In this document: positions 26,901 through 41,900 of the stretch, piece after piece
Layout: each line of letters opens with the position of its first letter
How positions within the stretch are numbered: the stretch's first letter is position 1
Origin: an uncultured Verrucomicrobiae bacterium
Lineage (GTDB): Bacteria > Verrucomicrobiota > Verrucomicrobiia > Limisphaerales > Palsa-1400
DNA: 64,000 nt
Reading direction: 5' to 3'
NCBI GenBank assembly: GCA_963764165.1
Contig: CAVXRD010000001.1
Location: forward strand, 928,001 to 992,000
Position numbers and translations under genes: made by a program
The notes under the pieces: generated by a model
Seen by the model: only the letters and a program-made list of their open reading frames with translations
Database searches by the model: none
What the model was told of the DNA's origin: nothing

Positions 26901-29900
26901 CCCATATAATTCATATATCCCGCTGAGCCTGTTGGAAGGCGTAACACTGTACGGCGGATTTAGCGGAACAGAAACCAACCTGAGCCAGCGCAATTGGATT
27001 GCCCACCAAACTATTCTTGACGGCAGCAAGCTGGAGGCAAGCTCAGCTATCATCAACAACCTGAGCAGCATGGACGGCTCCGCCTCAGTTGATGGATTCG
27101 TATTCCAGAATGCCCAGACGGGAGTGGAGAACAATACAGGGGCAAATCCCACAGTCGCGAATTGCACTTTCCTCACCAGCATAGAACAGCCTCTTTACAA
27201 CTATCAGAACAGCGCGCTCATTACGAACTGCGTCTTTAACGGATGCGGTGAAGCTTACAACCAGGACTCCTCCAGCAAATACGTGGGTTGCACATTCGAG
27301 AATACCACTAACTCGGCAATTCTCTTTTTCAATGATGCCGGTGTCGGAGCCCAAGGAACCATCGCGCGCTGCCAATTCGTTAACAACACCGGCGGCTGCG
27401 TTTCCGTTAACGCATCAGTCCTGATAAGTGATTCGCTGTTCACGGGCAATTATGGCAACAGCCGCGAGGTGATATTCGTGGATCAAGCCACCCTGCGCCT
27501 TGTAAACTGCACATTCACGGGCAACAGCGGAGCCAACGCCGCTTTCCTTATCGGCGAGGAGCAGGCGAGCATCGGCATTTATAATTCCATCTTTTGGAAT
27601 AATTACTGCGGGTTGACTCAAGATTCATCAGAGCGGGGCATGTTTGGATATCCTGGCTATACATTCACCCAAGTAGCCGAAGCGGCCAACAATGACATTC
27701 AGTCCCCTTCCCTCCAGTTCAACGGAAACGGCAACGTGAGCCTGGATCCGATCTTCCAGATGCCGCTGCCACCGTTGACTTCCGAGGGGCCGATTGCGGC
27801 GAGCGGGGATTTCCATCTTACGGCGGATTCGCCGCTGCTTGCAGCGGGCGCTGTTGGGCAGGTCGCCGATTCGGTGGATTTCGACGGAATGCCGCGTGAA
27901 GTCAATGGTTCCGTGGCGATGGGTGCTTACGAATACCAAGGCGGACAAGGCTCGCCGGTGGTGATCACGCAGCAGCCGGAATCATTCGTGTATTGCTCCA
28001 GCGCCACGAATTACTTTGAAATTGGCATCAGCGGAGCGGAGGTAAATTATCAATGGCAAGTCAATCAAAACAACGGGCTTGGTTTCGCTTCCATCAGCGC
28101 CGCCACGAATGCGGTATTACCCATTGTCAATGCCACCATTGCTGAAAATGGATGGCAGTATCGCTGCCTGGTCAGCGCGGCCGGAGGCGAATTGTATTCC
28201 AGCACAGCCTCTTTGACCATTTATCCCAATCGCCTTTACGTCAACGCGACCAGTGCCGGCGGCGACGGTTTGTCATGGGCCACCGCCTTCAACACATTGC
28301 ATCAGGCCCTCAATGCTCCGGTGGATCCTTGCTCAGAAAATCAGGTTTGGCTCGCCGCCGGAACCTATTCCGACGTGAATCTGGCGGAGACCGAGTTGCA
28401 AATAGTCGGCGGTTTTGCCGGGACCGAGACGAATGCCGCGCAGCGGACGTTCACCAGCGCGCCAACGATCATCACAAGCACTCTCTACTATAACGGTTCC
28501 TTGGTCGATGGGGTCACCTTCAACGGCGCGGTGCTGGATTGCGTCAGCGACACAACAGTTACCAATTGCGCTTTTGTCAATGGAACAGGAGGAGGCGGTT
28601 GGTCCAGCGTGATGCTGAATTGGGAAGCGTATACGGGACAAGAGGCCGGCCAGGGAAGCGTCGTCGTCAATTGCCGTTTCACAAATGATGCCTACGGCGT
28701 CTTCGCCGGTTTGAACGCAACGGTTTCCAACTGCTGGTTTGTGGGGCAACGGGATGAGGCCATCAGCGGGCCGCCATATAATAGCTTTAATTCCAGCTCC
28801 AGCGTCGTTATCAATCATTGTTCGTTTATCTCAAATCTGGACACTTGTTTGGCGTTCGACAGCCAAGGATACATTGGGCAAAACATTTCGATCCTTCATT
28901 CGGTGTTCGAATACAACAACAGTTGGCCGGTTTTCTCAGCGGCGGATAACATTGCGATGAAGGATTCGTTGGTGGCGAATAACGGGAATGGAATATACCT
29001 TCAGTACGGATCAGGCAGCTTCACCGGTTGCACGATCGTTGGAAACCAAGGCGAGGGCGTCAACGCCAACTATGCTGCGTTGAATTTGACTAATACGGTG
29101 TTGTGGGGAAATTCGCAAGGCGGTTACTTTTCAGTGTCTGGCTATCCTCTAACGTTCGACCATTGCTGGGTGCAAGGCAGCGCTTCCGACCCTGTGTTCG
29201 CCGGGGTCGGCAATTACACTTTGTCGCCATGCTCGCCACTCATCGGCGCGGGTGATGTCAGCGCCGCCAACGGCGACCCGCTTGACCTGGCCGGCAACCC
29301 CCGCACCTACAATGGCTCGGTGGATATTGGCGCCTACCAATTCGAGGGAGTTCAAGCGGCCGCCTTCTCCATCGCTGCGCAACCGTCAAATCAATTGGGC
29401 GACTCGGCCAACGCAGTTGAGTTCACGGTTCAGACTTCGCGCGCAGCGGGTGCTTATCAATGGCAGGAGGCCGGCCCCGGGGGCGCCTTTACCAACCTGG
29501 TTGACGGAGGCGTTTATCTGGGAAGCCAGACCGCGACATTAACAGTCACCAACGCCTCCCCATCAATGAATGGCAGCCAATTCCAATGTGTTGTCGCTTC
29601 TCCTGAAGGCTGCACGCTGGTCTCTTCCGTGGCGGAGTTAGTCTATGGCATTCCGCTGGCTGCGGCATTGGAGGCGCCAACTGGCGTGACCGTAAACTTT
29701 TCCGGAGCCGCGCCCTGGTTTGGCGAGACGAATGTGACACATGATGGCCTCGTCGCTGCTCAAAGCGGTGGCGGCCTTCGGAATGGACAAGAAAGCACCA
29801 TGACGGCCGAGGTTCAAGGACCAGCCACTGTTAGCTTCTGGTGGTATCTTTCCAGTTACGGCAGGTTGCAGTTTACGGTGGATAACTCTTCCATTGCGGC

Positions 29901-32900
29901 CATCGATAATGAAGTTGGCCCCTGGCAACAAGTAACGTTTCAAATCGCAAGCGGGTCGCATCAATTGCAATGGAATTTTGAAGAATATCAAACTGGCTTA
30001 GGTGTGGATGCCGCCTGGGTATCTCAGTTAACCGTTGTGGGCAATCCCGGCGTCTCCGCATTGCCCGCCCTTACCGTCGTGCCGCAAGGCGCTAGCCAAA
30101 CCTACTCTGTCACCACGACGGGCAACGCGCCGTTCACTTATCAATGGTATTTTGACGGTTCCCAAATCGGCGGAGCTACGTCTTCCACCTACTCCGTTTC
30201 CAGTGTCCAGCCGTCCAACGCCGGCACGTATTCTGTGGTGGTGGGCAACGTCCTCGGTTCGGTTGATGCTTCGAATGCGGTCTTGGCCGTGACCGGGCCG
30301 CTGTCAGCGGCCCTTGCGAATTCGGCCAACACGTGGCTGACGGGCGGTGACGCCCCTTGGTTTGCCGAAACCAACGTAACTTATGGAACGAACGCCTATG
30401 CCGCCCAATCCGGCAGCATCGGAGCCAATCAGCAAAGTTGGATGCAGACGACGATTTCCGGACCAGGCACTCTATCGTTTCTATGGCAGGTCTCGTCTCT
30501 CACCAACCATGGGTTGCTGGAATTCTCGATTAATGGGGTGTCGACCAATCAGTTGACGGGACAAGCCCCGTGGCAGGGTTACACCAATCATTTCGATGCG
30601 GGCACCTACACCTTCCGCTGGACTTACTTGCAAGATGGTCAAGTCAGCGCCGCAACCAACGCTGGCTGGGTCGATCAGGCAGCGTTTGCGCTTGACGCAA
30701 GTGTAAGTTTTGCCGTGACCAACAATGCCGACAGCGGTCCCGGCACCCTGCGCCAGGCCATCCTGGATGCCAACGCGACCCCCGTCTTCAGTGTTATCGA
30801 TGCTACTTCCATTACAGGCGCGATTAATTTGCAGAGCATGCTGCCGATTATCACCAACGCCATCAGTCTGAAAGGCCCCGGCAGTTCGAGCCTGACCATC
30901 AATGGAGGTGGCACGAACCGCATCTTCTTTGTTGATGCACCCAACCTTAGTGTCACTTTCAGCGGAGTGACTTTATCCAACGGATTGGCTCGCGGCGGCA
31001 ACGGCGGTGATTCCGGAGGTGGCGGCGGAATGGGCGCAGGTGGCGCGCTCTTCGTCAACGGTGGCGCCATCACGGTTTCAAGCGTTAGTTTTCTCAACAA
31101 CGCCGCACAAGGTGGCGTTGGGTCGAGTTCTCAAAACAACAGCTTCGGGAGCGCCGGCGGCGGTGGCGGAATGGGTGGCAACGGCGGCGGTGGACAATTT
31201 GGCAGCGGCGGTGGCGGCGGTTTGCTCGGCAACGGCGGCATTGGCGGCGAAGGCGGTGGCGGCGGTGGCGGCGGCGGTCTCTATGCCAACGGCGGCAACG
31301 GCGATTCCCAACAGACAGGCGGCGGCGGTGGCGGAGGTTTAACGGCGGGTTCGAATGCGGATTCAACCCAGGATAGCGGCGGCCTTGGCGGCATCGACGG
31401 TGGCATGGGCGCGTCGGTTTCCGAAATTTACACCAATGGCGGCGACATCGTCGTGGCAACAAACGCCGCCCCTGGCGAAGCTTTTGGCGGCGGCGGCGGC
31501 GGCGCGGGTGGGCTGTGGGGAACACAAGGTGGCGGCGTGATCTATGCTCCAACAGCCGCAACTGCCGGCGCCAACGGAGGCAAATACGGTGGTGGCGGCG
31601 GCGAAAGCGGCAGCCTGCAAAATAACCGCACCGGCGGCGGCGGCAACGGCGGTGATTTCGGCGGCGGCGGCGGCCAAAGCGGAGACGCTTCCGGCAATGG
31701 CACAGGGCAAGGTGGATTCGGCGGTGGCGGCGGCGGCGGCGGCAACGGTTACACTGGCCGCACCGAATTGGCCGGGAATGGCGGATTCGGCGGTGGAGGG
31801 GGCGGCGGCGGATCATATGGTGGCGACGGCGGTTATCCTGGACCTTACGGTGGCGGTTCCGGTATTTCGGAATTTGGAGATGTAGGGCCGGGCGGAGGCG
31901 GTGCGGCGTTGGGCGGAGCGGTTTTTGTGCGCGCCAACATTGGCACCTCGATTCACATTATTGACAGCGTCGCGGACAACGGTTCAGTTACCGGGGGCGC
32001 GGGCGGAATCGCGGGTTACGCTCCAAATAGCGCCGGTGCGGGACAAGCGGATGGCAGCGCCTTCTTCTTGCTCGGCGGAACCAACGAGATCACGGTTGAT
32101 CAGGGCAGCAATTGCATCGTCGCAGGCAGCATCGGCGGATGGAGCGGTTCGCCGGGTGTTTTGATAAAAGACGGCCTTGGCTCAGTCACACTTTCTGGAA
32201 ACAATAGCTTCCATGGCACGCTCAACATCAATGCCGGCACGGCTCAACTGCTGGGTTACAATACGAATCTCGTCGTTTCAGTTGCCGCGGGCTCTGCCCT
32301 GGCCGGAAACGGAACCGTCAACAATTTGACCATGGCTGCCCAGTCAACTCTGGCAGTCGGCGCTGCCATCGGCAAGTTCACTGCTGGAAATGCCACGTGG
32401 ACTGGCGCAGGCAATTACAATTGGAAGCTTCACGACGCGAACGGGACGGCGGGAATTGGATACGATGAGCTGAATTTCAGCGGGACACTCGATGTCTCCG
32501 AAGCAAGCGGGTTCAATATCAATTTAGAAACAGTGGCCAGTGCAATCACCAACTCCGCCGGCACGGCTGTCAACTTTAACAACTTGACGCCGAACTCATG
32601 GACGCTCGTTGACGCGGCTGGAGGCATTATAGGATTCAACGCGGCGAATTTCAACACTCAGACAAATGCCAGTGATGGGTCTGGAAGCTTCGTCAATAAT
32701 ATCGGGAGCGGCCAGTTTAATTTAAGCCTCAGCGCCGATAACACCCGTCTGCAGCTCAATTTCAAAGCCGGCCAAATCATCACGCTAGGGACGCAGACGG
32801 CTCATTACTACGGCCAGTCTGCATTTTCGCCGGGAGCCACCTCGTCATCCGGACTGGCAGTGCAATACACGGTTGTATCCGGGCCGGCCAGCGTGGCCAA

Positions 32901-35900
32901 CAATTTGGTGACTATCACCGGGGTTGGAGTTGTCACCGTCCAAGCGTCGCAGGCGGGCAACGCCAACTACACCCCCGCCCAGCCCGTCCCCATCATTTTC
33001 AATGCGGCCCAGGGCACACCCATCGTGAGTTGGGCAAGCCCATCGTCCGTTGTGTATGGAAGCGCGCTCAGCGGCACTCAGCTTAATGCTTCAGCCAATG
33101 TGCCGGGCAGCATGGTTTACACTCCGCCATTGGGCACGATATTGAATGCGGGCACGAACACGCTGAATGTGGCCTTTACGCCCGCCGATACTGTCGACTA
33201 CGCTTCGGTCTCAACAAATGTGTCCCTAGTGGTTTCGCCCGCAACGCAAACGATTAACTTCTCGCTGACCAACACCGGCTACGGAGCGCCGCCAATTACC
33301 CTCGCCGCAACGGCATCGAGCGGGTTGCCTGTGGCATATAGCATCGTTTCCGGCCCCGCTACGGTGTTCGAAAGCACATTGACGATTGACGGCGCGGGCG
33401 CGGTCGCAGTCAAAGCGTCGCAGATCGGCAGCGCGAACTTCAACCCAGCCAGCTCAACATCCAGCTTCACTGTCGCGCGCGCGCCGCTGACAGTTAACAT
33501 CTCCAGCACCACCAATGTTTATGGCACGACGAACATTATCTACAGCGGAACTCTCACGGGCGTGACCAACAATGACAATATCTCCATGACGCTGATCGGC
33601 ACGAACTCCCCAGCACCCTCTTCCGTTCCAGATGCCTTCTCAGGATACCTTGTGGGTTACACCGGATATAATGTCTATCCACTCCAGCTTGCTTGCGATG
33701 CGGCCGGCAATGTTTATGCCGAGTATGAAGTTGTGCAGGGCGCAGGTTCGTTTAGTTTCCAGATTAGCGAATTCAATCCACAAGGCGGCTACATCCAGAC
33801 GATTGCCAGTGTTGATGAACAGGAATATTCCGGGCTGGCGGTCGATGCCGGCAATGTCGTCTACGTGGCGCAAAACTGGCCGTCATCCGCGATCCATAAA
33901 TATAGCGCCAATGGAACTTCCTTGGGAAGTTGGGCGAACAATCTTCAATTCCCACTAGGGGTTGCCGCCGATCACTTTGGGCACGTTTATGTAGCTGATA
34001 ACAACGCTCTCCAGTTCGACACGACTGGAAATTTCCTGGGCACGGTGGGGTCCACTGGCAATGGACCCGGGCAGTACGGCCAGGTTAGGAACATTGCGGT
34101 GGATGCAAATGGAAATGTGTATGTCTTAGCCCCCAATGAGGTGCTCGTTTATGACATAAACCGGAATTGGCTCCGAACGTTTGGCTCCGGCATATTCACG
34201 TTGCCGGACTGCGTGGTGGTGGATATTTACGGCAATGTCTATGTTAGCGACTCCGAGGCGAACACGGTTTATAAATTCAGTCCCGAAGGAAATCTGCTCA
34301 CATCTATTGGCGGCGTTGGATCGGGCAATGGGGAGCTCGATGGGCCGAGCGGTTTGGCCATCGGAACAAACGATGCGCTTTACGTGGCGGACGAGTTCAA
34401 CGCACGGATTGACACATTCACTCCCGCGCTGACTAATGTTTATGCTGGCACGCCGCCCGGAGTTTATCCCATCATTCCTTTGTTCACTGATCCGAACAAT
34501 CGACTGCCCAATTATCTCGTTACAACAAATGCAGGCACGCTCACTGTCACGCAAGCCGTGCAAACGATCACATTTGCGGCCATCTCGACTCATACATTTG
34601 GCGACGCGCCAATTACCTTGCAGGCGACTTCCGACTACACCAACGGATTGAACTTTGTCTTCACCGTTATCTCGGGACCGGCCACGATCTCGGGCGATAC
34701 ACTTACTCTTTCTGGAGCGGGCAGCGTGACGGTGCAGGTGGAATTGGGCAGTGATGGAGACTACGCGGCTCCGGCGCCCGTGCAGCAAACTTTCGTGGTC
34801 AACAAAGCGACACCGGTGCTTACGTGGGGAAACCCCGGGCCAATCACCTACGGCACGGCTTTGGGTGGAACACAACTGAACGCAACGGCGAACACCAGCG
34901 GCAATATTGTATACAGTCCGTCTGGGGGGACCGTGCTCGGGGCTGGAAATTATCTTTTGAACGCCGCCTTTACTCCCGTCGACACGAATGATTACAACAG
35001 CATCAGCGTTTCCGTTCCGCTCACGGTTAGCCAAGCCACCCAGGGCATAGTATTTAATTCGCTCGCCAATCAGATCTACGGCGTTGCGCCTATTACGCTG
35101 AGTGCCAGCGCTTCCTCCGGGTTGCCGGTGACGTTCTCACTTGTATCCGGCCCGGCCTCGCTTTCCGGCAGCATCCTGACGATCACCGGTGCCGGCACCG
35201 TCACCGTGCAAGCTTCACAGGGAGGCGATTCGGATTACGCTGCGGCGGCCAGTGTCAGCCAATCTTTCAACGTATCTCCGCAAACGCCTGTCATCACGTG
35301 GGCGCCGCTGGCGAATATTGGTTACCTGACTGGTCTGAGCGCAATCCAACTGGGAGCAACCGCGAACGTGCCAGGCGTGATGGCCTATAATCAGACGCCT
35401 GGAACGGTGTTGAATGCTGGCACTTATCAAATTGTGGCCACCTTTACACCCACTGATGCAACCAACTACACAACCACCAGCGAAACAAACACGCTGGTGG
35501 TGAATCGGTTGACGCCTGTCCTAACTTGGGGACTTCTGGCTGGGATAACTTATCCAACGGCATTGGGGGCAAGCCAGCTTGATGCTTCGGCCAATGTTCC
35601 AGGATCGTTTATCTACAACAAGACCAACGGGACAATCCTGGGCGTCGGAACTTATGCTCTCATCGCCTCCTTCACGCCTGCCGACACAACAAATTACACA
35701 CTGGCCAGCGCGACCAATACTTTGATTGTAAGTCAAGGAACGCCTGTCATCACGTGGAATGCATTGACGGACATTTCCTACCCGGCTGCCGTCGGCGCCG
35801 CGCAATTGAACGCCACCGCCAATGTTTCAGGCGTCATCAACTATAGTCTGAACTCCGGCACGGTGCTTAACGCGGGAACTTATTCTTTGATCGCAACTCT

Positions 35901-38900
35901 TGCGCCCGCCGATTCGGCAGACTATGCGGCTGTCACCGCCACCAACTCCTTAACGGTCCAGAAGGGCGCACAATCGATTACGTTTGCGTCCCTGCAGGAT
36001 GTTAATTATGGCCCTAGTCCCCTTACTGTTAGCGCCAGCGCGAGTTCCGGCCTTCTGGTCAGCTTCGCCGTTACCGCTGGACCGGCTTCGGTGACCGGAA
36101 ACAGCTTGAGCTTGCAAGGCGCCGGCACCGTTACAGTCGAGGCCAGCCAGGCAGGCAATACCAACTACAACGCCGCATCATCGGTGAGCCGGTCGTTCAA
36201 CGTCTCCACTGCAAATCCTTTCATCGAATGGACTAATCCGGCGGCCATGGTATACGGCGCTCCGCTGAATACAAACCAACTTAATGCCAGCACCTCCGTC
36301 GCGGGGAGTTTTGCTTATCTCCCGACCAATGGAACCGTGCTCAACGACGGAACGAACGTGCTTTCCAGCGTGTTCGCGCCCGCAAATTCCGCGCAATACA
36401 ATGCAGTGACAACCACAGTCGAAATCGTTGTCCTCCCGGCAACCTCCGGCCTCGCTTGGGCCACACCATCGCCGATCAATTACGGAACTGCGCTTGATTC
36501 CAACCAACTCAATGCGACAGCCAGTGTCGCGGGCACATTCATCTATACGCCGGGCGCGGGCGCCATTTTGGATGCGGGCTTAAGCGGTCTCTCGGTGACC
36601 TTTACGCCTGACAACACAAACTACCTCAGCGCCTCTGCGACTGTCGATTTGATGGTCAACGAGGACAGCCAGCCCATCCAATTTTCCAAGATTGGCGATC
36701 AAGTGTACGGCGCCGGCCCCATTACAATGAGCGCCTCCGCGCCAAGCGGGTTGCCGATCACCTTCGCGGTGATCTCCGGCCCCGCGACAAATGCCGGCGC
36801 TTTGCTTTATCTGACAAATGTGGGGCAAGTTACCGTGAGCGCATCGCAGGCAGGTGATCTGGATTACGCAGCTGGCGCAACCAATCAATCGTTCTCTGTG
36901 AAACCCGCCACGCTGACGGTGGTGGCCTCCAACGCAACTCGCGTCTACGGCCAGCCAAATCCTGCATTCACGGGCAGCCTCACTGGGATCGTGCCAGGCG
37001 ATAACATCACCGCCTCGTTCGAGGCCGTCGTTCCAGCGGAACCGACGGTGGCTCCTGTTCACGCATTTAACTTTGGCAACGGCAATTTGCAGACTCCCGA
37101 ATTCCTAGCCATCAGTCCCAATGGCCGGATTTACGTTTCCGACCAGGAAGTCAACGACAATACAAAAGTTAAAATCTTTTCGTCCGCCGGACAGTTCGTC
37201 AGCCAATTTGCGCTGAACATGCCGGACGGTGGATATGATCCTATTGCGCAAGGCGTGGCCTGCGACGCGCAAGGCTGCATTTACGTGGCAGGTGAGTATT
37301 ATACCGGAAATGGATTCGCCAATCCTGTCATACAGAAATTCGACTCCAATGGACTTTATCTCGCTCAATTCCCGGCCCTGTCGACGTATCCGAACGCAGG
37401 CCTCGCCTTGGCTGGAACCAACCTGTTTTACACCAGCTCCAGCTCGGGCATCAGCGCGATTTTTGAATACGATCTCAACGGCAATTTCATTCAGCAATTC
37501 GGCTCCACCGGCTTCGGCCCTGGGCAATTCTATATTCCTGCCGATGTCGCTGTGGATTCCGTCGGCAATGTTTACGGCGTGGATACCTACGACAATCGCG
37601 TCGAAGAATTCAATTCGTCTGCAGCTTACGTCAATCAATGGAGCGTCGGCTATGGCAACTATTCCGGTTATCCGCTTCAATACGGCATCGCCGCCGGCCC
37701 CGATGGTTATATCTACGTCGCGCAGGGCGAAAGCAACACAGTTTACAAGTTCGACGCCAACGGCAGCCCGCTGGCTTCCTTCGGTGCTTTCAACATGCCT
37801 GAAGGCATCCGGATGGACTCATCCTCCAATCTTTACGTCATCGATGCTGGCAACGCCCAGATTCAAGTCTTTACTCCAGCGCCTCCGACTCTCGTTGATG
37901 AGCTCTCTCCGGCAGGCACTTATGCCATTGTTCCCATCCTCAGCGATCCCAATAATCGCCTGTCCAATTATACTACCAACGTGACTGACGGCGTCCTTAC
38001 CATAATGCCAGCCAGCCAGACGCTCGCATTTGCGCCGGTGCCGAATCAAACCTATGGCGTTCCGCCGGTCACGCTTCAGGCCACATCCGCCACGCCAAAC
38101 TCAGGCCAACCCATTGTGTATTCGGTCGTTTCAGGTCCGGCGACGATTAACGGCGACGTTTTGACACTGACGGGGCCGGGCGAAGTAACGATAGAAGCCG
38201 ATCAGGCAGGCAACAATAATTACAAGACGGCGGCATCTGTGACGCAATCCTTCACATCATACTCTCCGGTTCTGGATCACTTTGTCATCAGCCCCTTGGC
38301 AGCTCAGCTTACTGGCGCCCCGGCTAGTTTTTCCGTGACCGCGTTGAATGCGTCCAACCAAGTCATCACGGTTTTCCAAGGCATGGTCAATTTCGCGAGC
38401 ACAGATCCGCTGGCGACATTGCCCGCGCCCTACACCTACACGATTGCGGACCAAGGGGCGCATATGTTTAACGTCACATTTGGAACCGCTGGCACGGAGG
38501 TGTTAACAGTTCAATCTGGAAACGTCACCAATTCCATTAACGTCCCTGTCATTACGCTAACGACTGTAACGAATGCCAATGATAGCGGCTCAGGTTCATT
38601 CCGGCAGGCAATTATCAACGCCAACGCAGGTTTAGGTGTGGTGGACGCAACACAAATTGCCGGCACCATAGCATTGCAAAGCGCGTTGCCGTTGATTACG
38701 AACGCCATCACGATTAACGGGCCGGGCGACGGGGGCCTGGTCCTTTCTGGTGGCGGGCAAAACCGGGTGTTCTTCGTGGACGCAGGCACCAATGCTGTCA
38801 ATATCAATAATTTGACGATTTCGAACGCCTTCGCCAGGGGCGGCGACGGCGGCGTCGGCAGCGGCGGCGGAGGCGCTGGATTGGGCGGCGGCATGTTTGT

Positions 38901-41900
38901 GAACAGTGGAAATGTGGTCATTTCAAACGTCGTCTTCGTGAGCAATTCTGTGGCCGGCGGCAGCGGTGGGGCGTTCGGGCCGCTTTACCAGGCGGGCGGT
39001 GGAGGCGGCCTCGGCGGCAACGGAGGCAATGGGGATGACGAAAGCGGCGGCGGCGGCGGCGGTGGATTTGGAGGCAACGGCGGCGATTCCTATACGACCT
39101 ACGGCGCGGGCGGCGGAGGCGGCGGGTTAATCGGGAACGGCGGCGAGGCGGTGAATGGTGGCGGCGGCGGGGGGGGTGGCCTGACCGACGGCGAGAACGG
39201 AGGCGCGCCCGACTACGGCCTTGCCGGAGTGGATGGAGGCAATGCCGGCCAATTCCAACAACCGGGCCAGAACGGTTTCCTGTATGGCGGCGGCGGTGGC
39301 GCCGGCGCGGGCGAGGGAGTCGGTGAATCCGGCGGTGCGGGCGGCGCCTATGGTGGCGGTGGTGGCGGCTATTGGACCGCACCCGGCGGCGAGGGTGGTG
39401 ATTTTGGCGGCGGCGGTGGCAATGGCGGCGCCGGAGGCTTCGGCGGTGGCGGCGGAGGCGGAGCCATTATCGGGCCCGGGACTGGAGGCTTTGGTGGCGG
39501 CGGCGGTGGCATAGTCACATACTACGGCGCCGGCAGCGTGGCATTCGGCGGCGCGGCGGGCACAGGCGCGGACACAAGTTATGACGCCAGCGACTGGAAA
39601 GGTCCAGGAGGCGGCGGCGGAGCCGCCCTCGGAGCGAATTTGTTCGTGCGCGGGAATAACGGAGCGTCCGTCACGATTGCCAATTGTCAAACGCATGCCG
39701 GCTCGTTGCTAGCCGGCCCGGGTGGAGAGGGAGGCGATAACAATGATGGCCAGCCCGGTTCCACCGATGGCACAACTCTTTTTGCGCTTGGCAATGGCAC
39801 CGTCATTCAAGTGGACGACGGCACCAATAGAATTGACGGTTCCATCGGCGGCTGGGCCGGCTCACCCGCCGTCCTGACAAAAACAGGCGCGGGTACACTT
39901 CAGTTGACAGCGAGCAGCGACTATCCGGGCACGACGTATGTCGCGCAGGGAACCTTGGAGGTCGACGGCAGCATCGCCAATAGCCAAGTCTTGGTAACCA
40001 ACGCCGCCACGTTCACAGGCGCTGGAACGGCTGGAGCGCTTACAACATACAGCGGAGCAACTTTGGCCGCCGGTCCTGGAATGGCAACCCTGACAGTGGG
40101 CGACACCTCATGGCAAGGCGCGGGCACCTTCCGCTGGAAAATCCATGACGCATTGGGCGAATCGGGCAGCTCCTATGATCTTTTGAATGTCAACGGCACG
40201 CTGGATGTCTCGCAGGCTAGCGGTTTCATAATCGACGTCGCGTCATTCTCAGATGCCGCCGCAACTGAATCCGGCAGCGCGTCGAATTTTAACAACCAAG
40301 TTAATCAATCCTGGATTCTCGCGCAAACGACCGGCGGCATCACGGGCTTCAATCCGTCCAACTTTGTCCTGGCCTCCGCGGACTTTTCCAACCCACTCGG
40401 CGGCGGTTCCTTTAGTTTGGATGTCGCCGGTACAAATCTTGTATTGACGTTTACCCCGATGCCGAAAGCGCCGGAAATTGTTGCCACCACTGGCATCGTT
40501 AACGGCGACGGCAGCATTACCCTGAGCGCCGCAGCCATCCCAGACGGGGCGGCGACGGCGGTCTATTTTGAATACGGCCGCTCTACCGCATATGGAATGA
40601 CGACATCCACAAACGCGATTGGTGACGGCTGGCTCGAAATTACCAATGCCGAACTCATCAGCAATTTGCCACCTGCAACACCCTGGCACTTCCGCGCTGT
40701 TGCTGCCAATCGCCTGGGAACGAACTTCGGAGCCGATCAGCAATTCGTCAGCGCACCTGTTTTGGCATCCGTCGACACTCGGCCCGCCACAGGCCTGACA
40801 GGTCAATCGGCCATCCTCAACGCTGTGGTGAATCCGAACAACTCAGATACTGAAGTCTATTTCATCTGGGTCAATGGAAGCGGCGTTGAAAATCTCACGG
40901 CTGCAATGGACATAGGAGCAGGGACGAATCCGGTGCCCGTGAGCGCGACGTTGACTGGCTTGCCATACGCGAGCACAAACAGTTTCAAAATCGTGGCGAT
41001 AAATGATGCAGGAACGAATATGGGAGACGACGTTACCTTCGTGACGGGTGCCGGCGCGCCTTCAGTCGTCACCTTGCCAAATTTCAAGTCGCCAAGGCAA
41101 TTCGCCGGCACCGTCAATCCTAATGGCGCGGACACCGCCGCCTGGTTCGAATTCGGGGCTACGACGGCGTATGGCTCTTATACCGAGCCCAGCGATCTTG
41201 GCGCTGGAACAGGTAATTCAAGTTTTTACGATTATCCGAATAATCTAACACCCAATGCAACGTATCACGTGCAATTGGTGGCATCCAACAGCTTTGGCTT
41301 GGTGCTGGGCGGCGATGTGCTCTATACCATTCCTCCAAGCGCGCCTAACGCGCAAACATTGCTTGCATCGAACATCACATCAAGCTCCGCCGTGCTCGAA
41401 GGCGCGGCTAATCCAAGCAATTCATCGTCCGTGGCGTGGTTTCAATTTGGAGCGACCACCAACTACGGCAACGCTTCGCCCTCCGTCAACATTGGCGCCG
41501 GATCGGCTTCAACCCCGATGTCGTTCACTCTCTCCGGCCTGACACCGGGATGGCCGGTCCACTATCAACTGGTTGCTTCCAATGGCGCGGGAGTCAGTTT
41601 CGGAAATGATGTCAACATTGTTCCACCCTCCGATGCGCCCGTGGTCGTCACTCTTCCGGCGGAGAACATCCAAGCAATGGGAGCCACTCTGGAAGGCACA
41701 ATTACTCCCAACGGCGTGCCGCTTTCCACCCATTATGAAATTGGCACGAGCACCGCCTACGGGATGTCCAGCGCCACAAACCAGATTCCCGGCTTTCTCG
41801 GCGCGTTGACCTTCGACGGCACCGACCAATACGCCTCGGTGGCGCAACCGTCCGTCCCAACCGGCAATTCCTCTTATACTATCGAGGCTTGGATTCAACC

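Noticed and set aside
31000..39700. GGC-rich runs and Arg/Ala/Pro-rich alternative-frame ORFs
   Set aside because: By-products of polyglycine coding in the giant gene, not separate genes or microsatellite loci.
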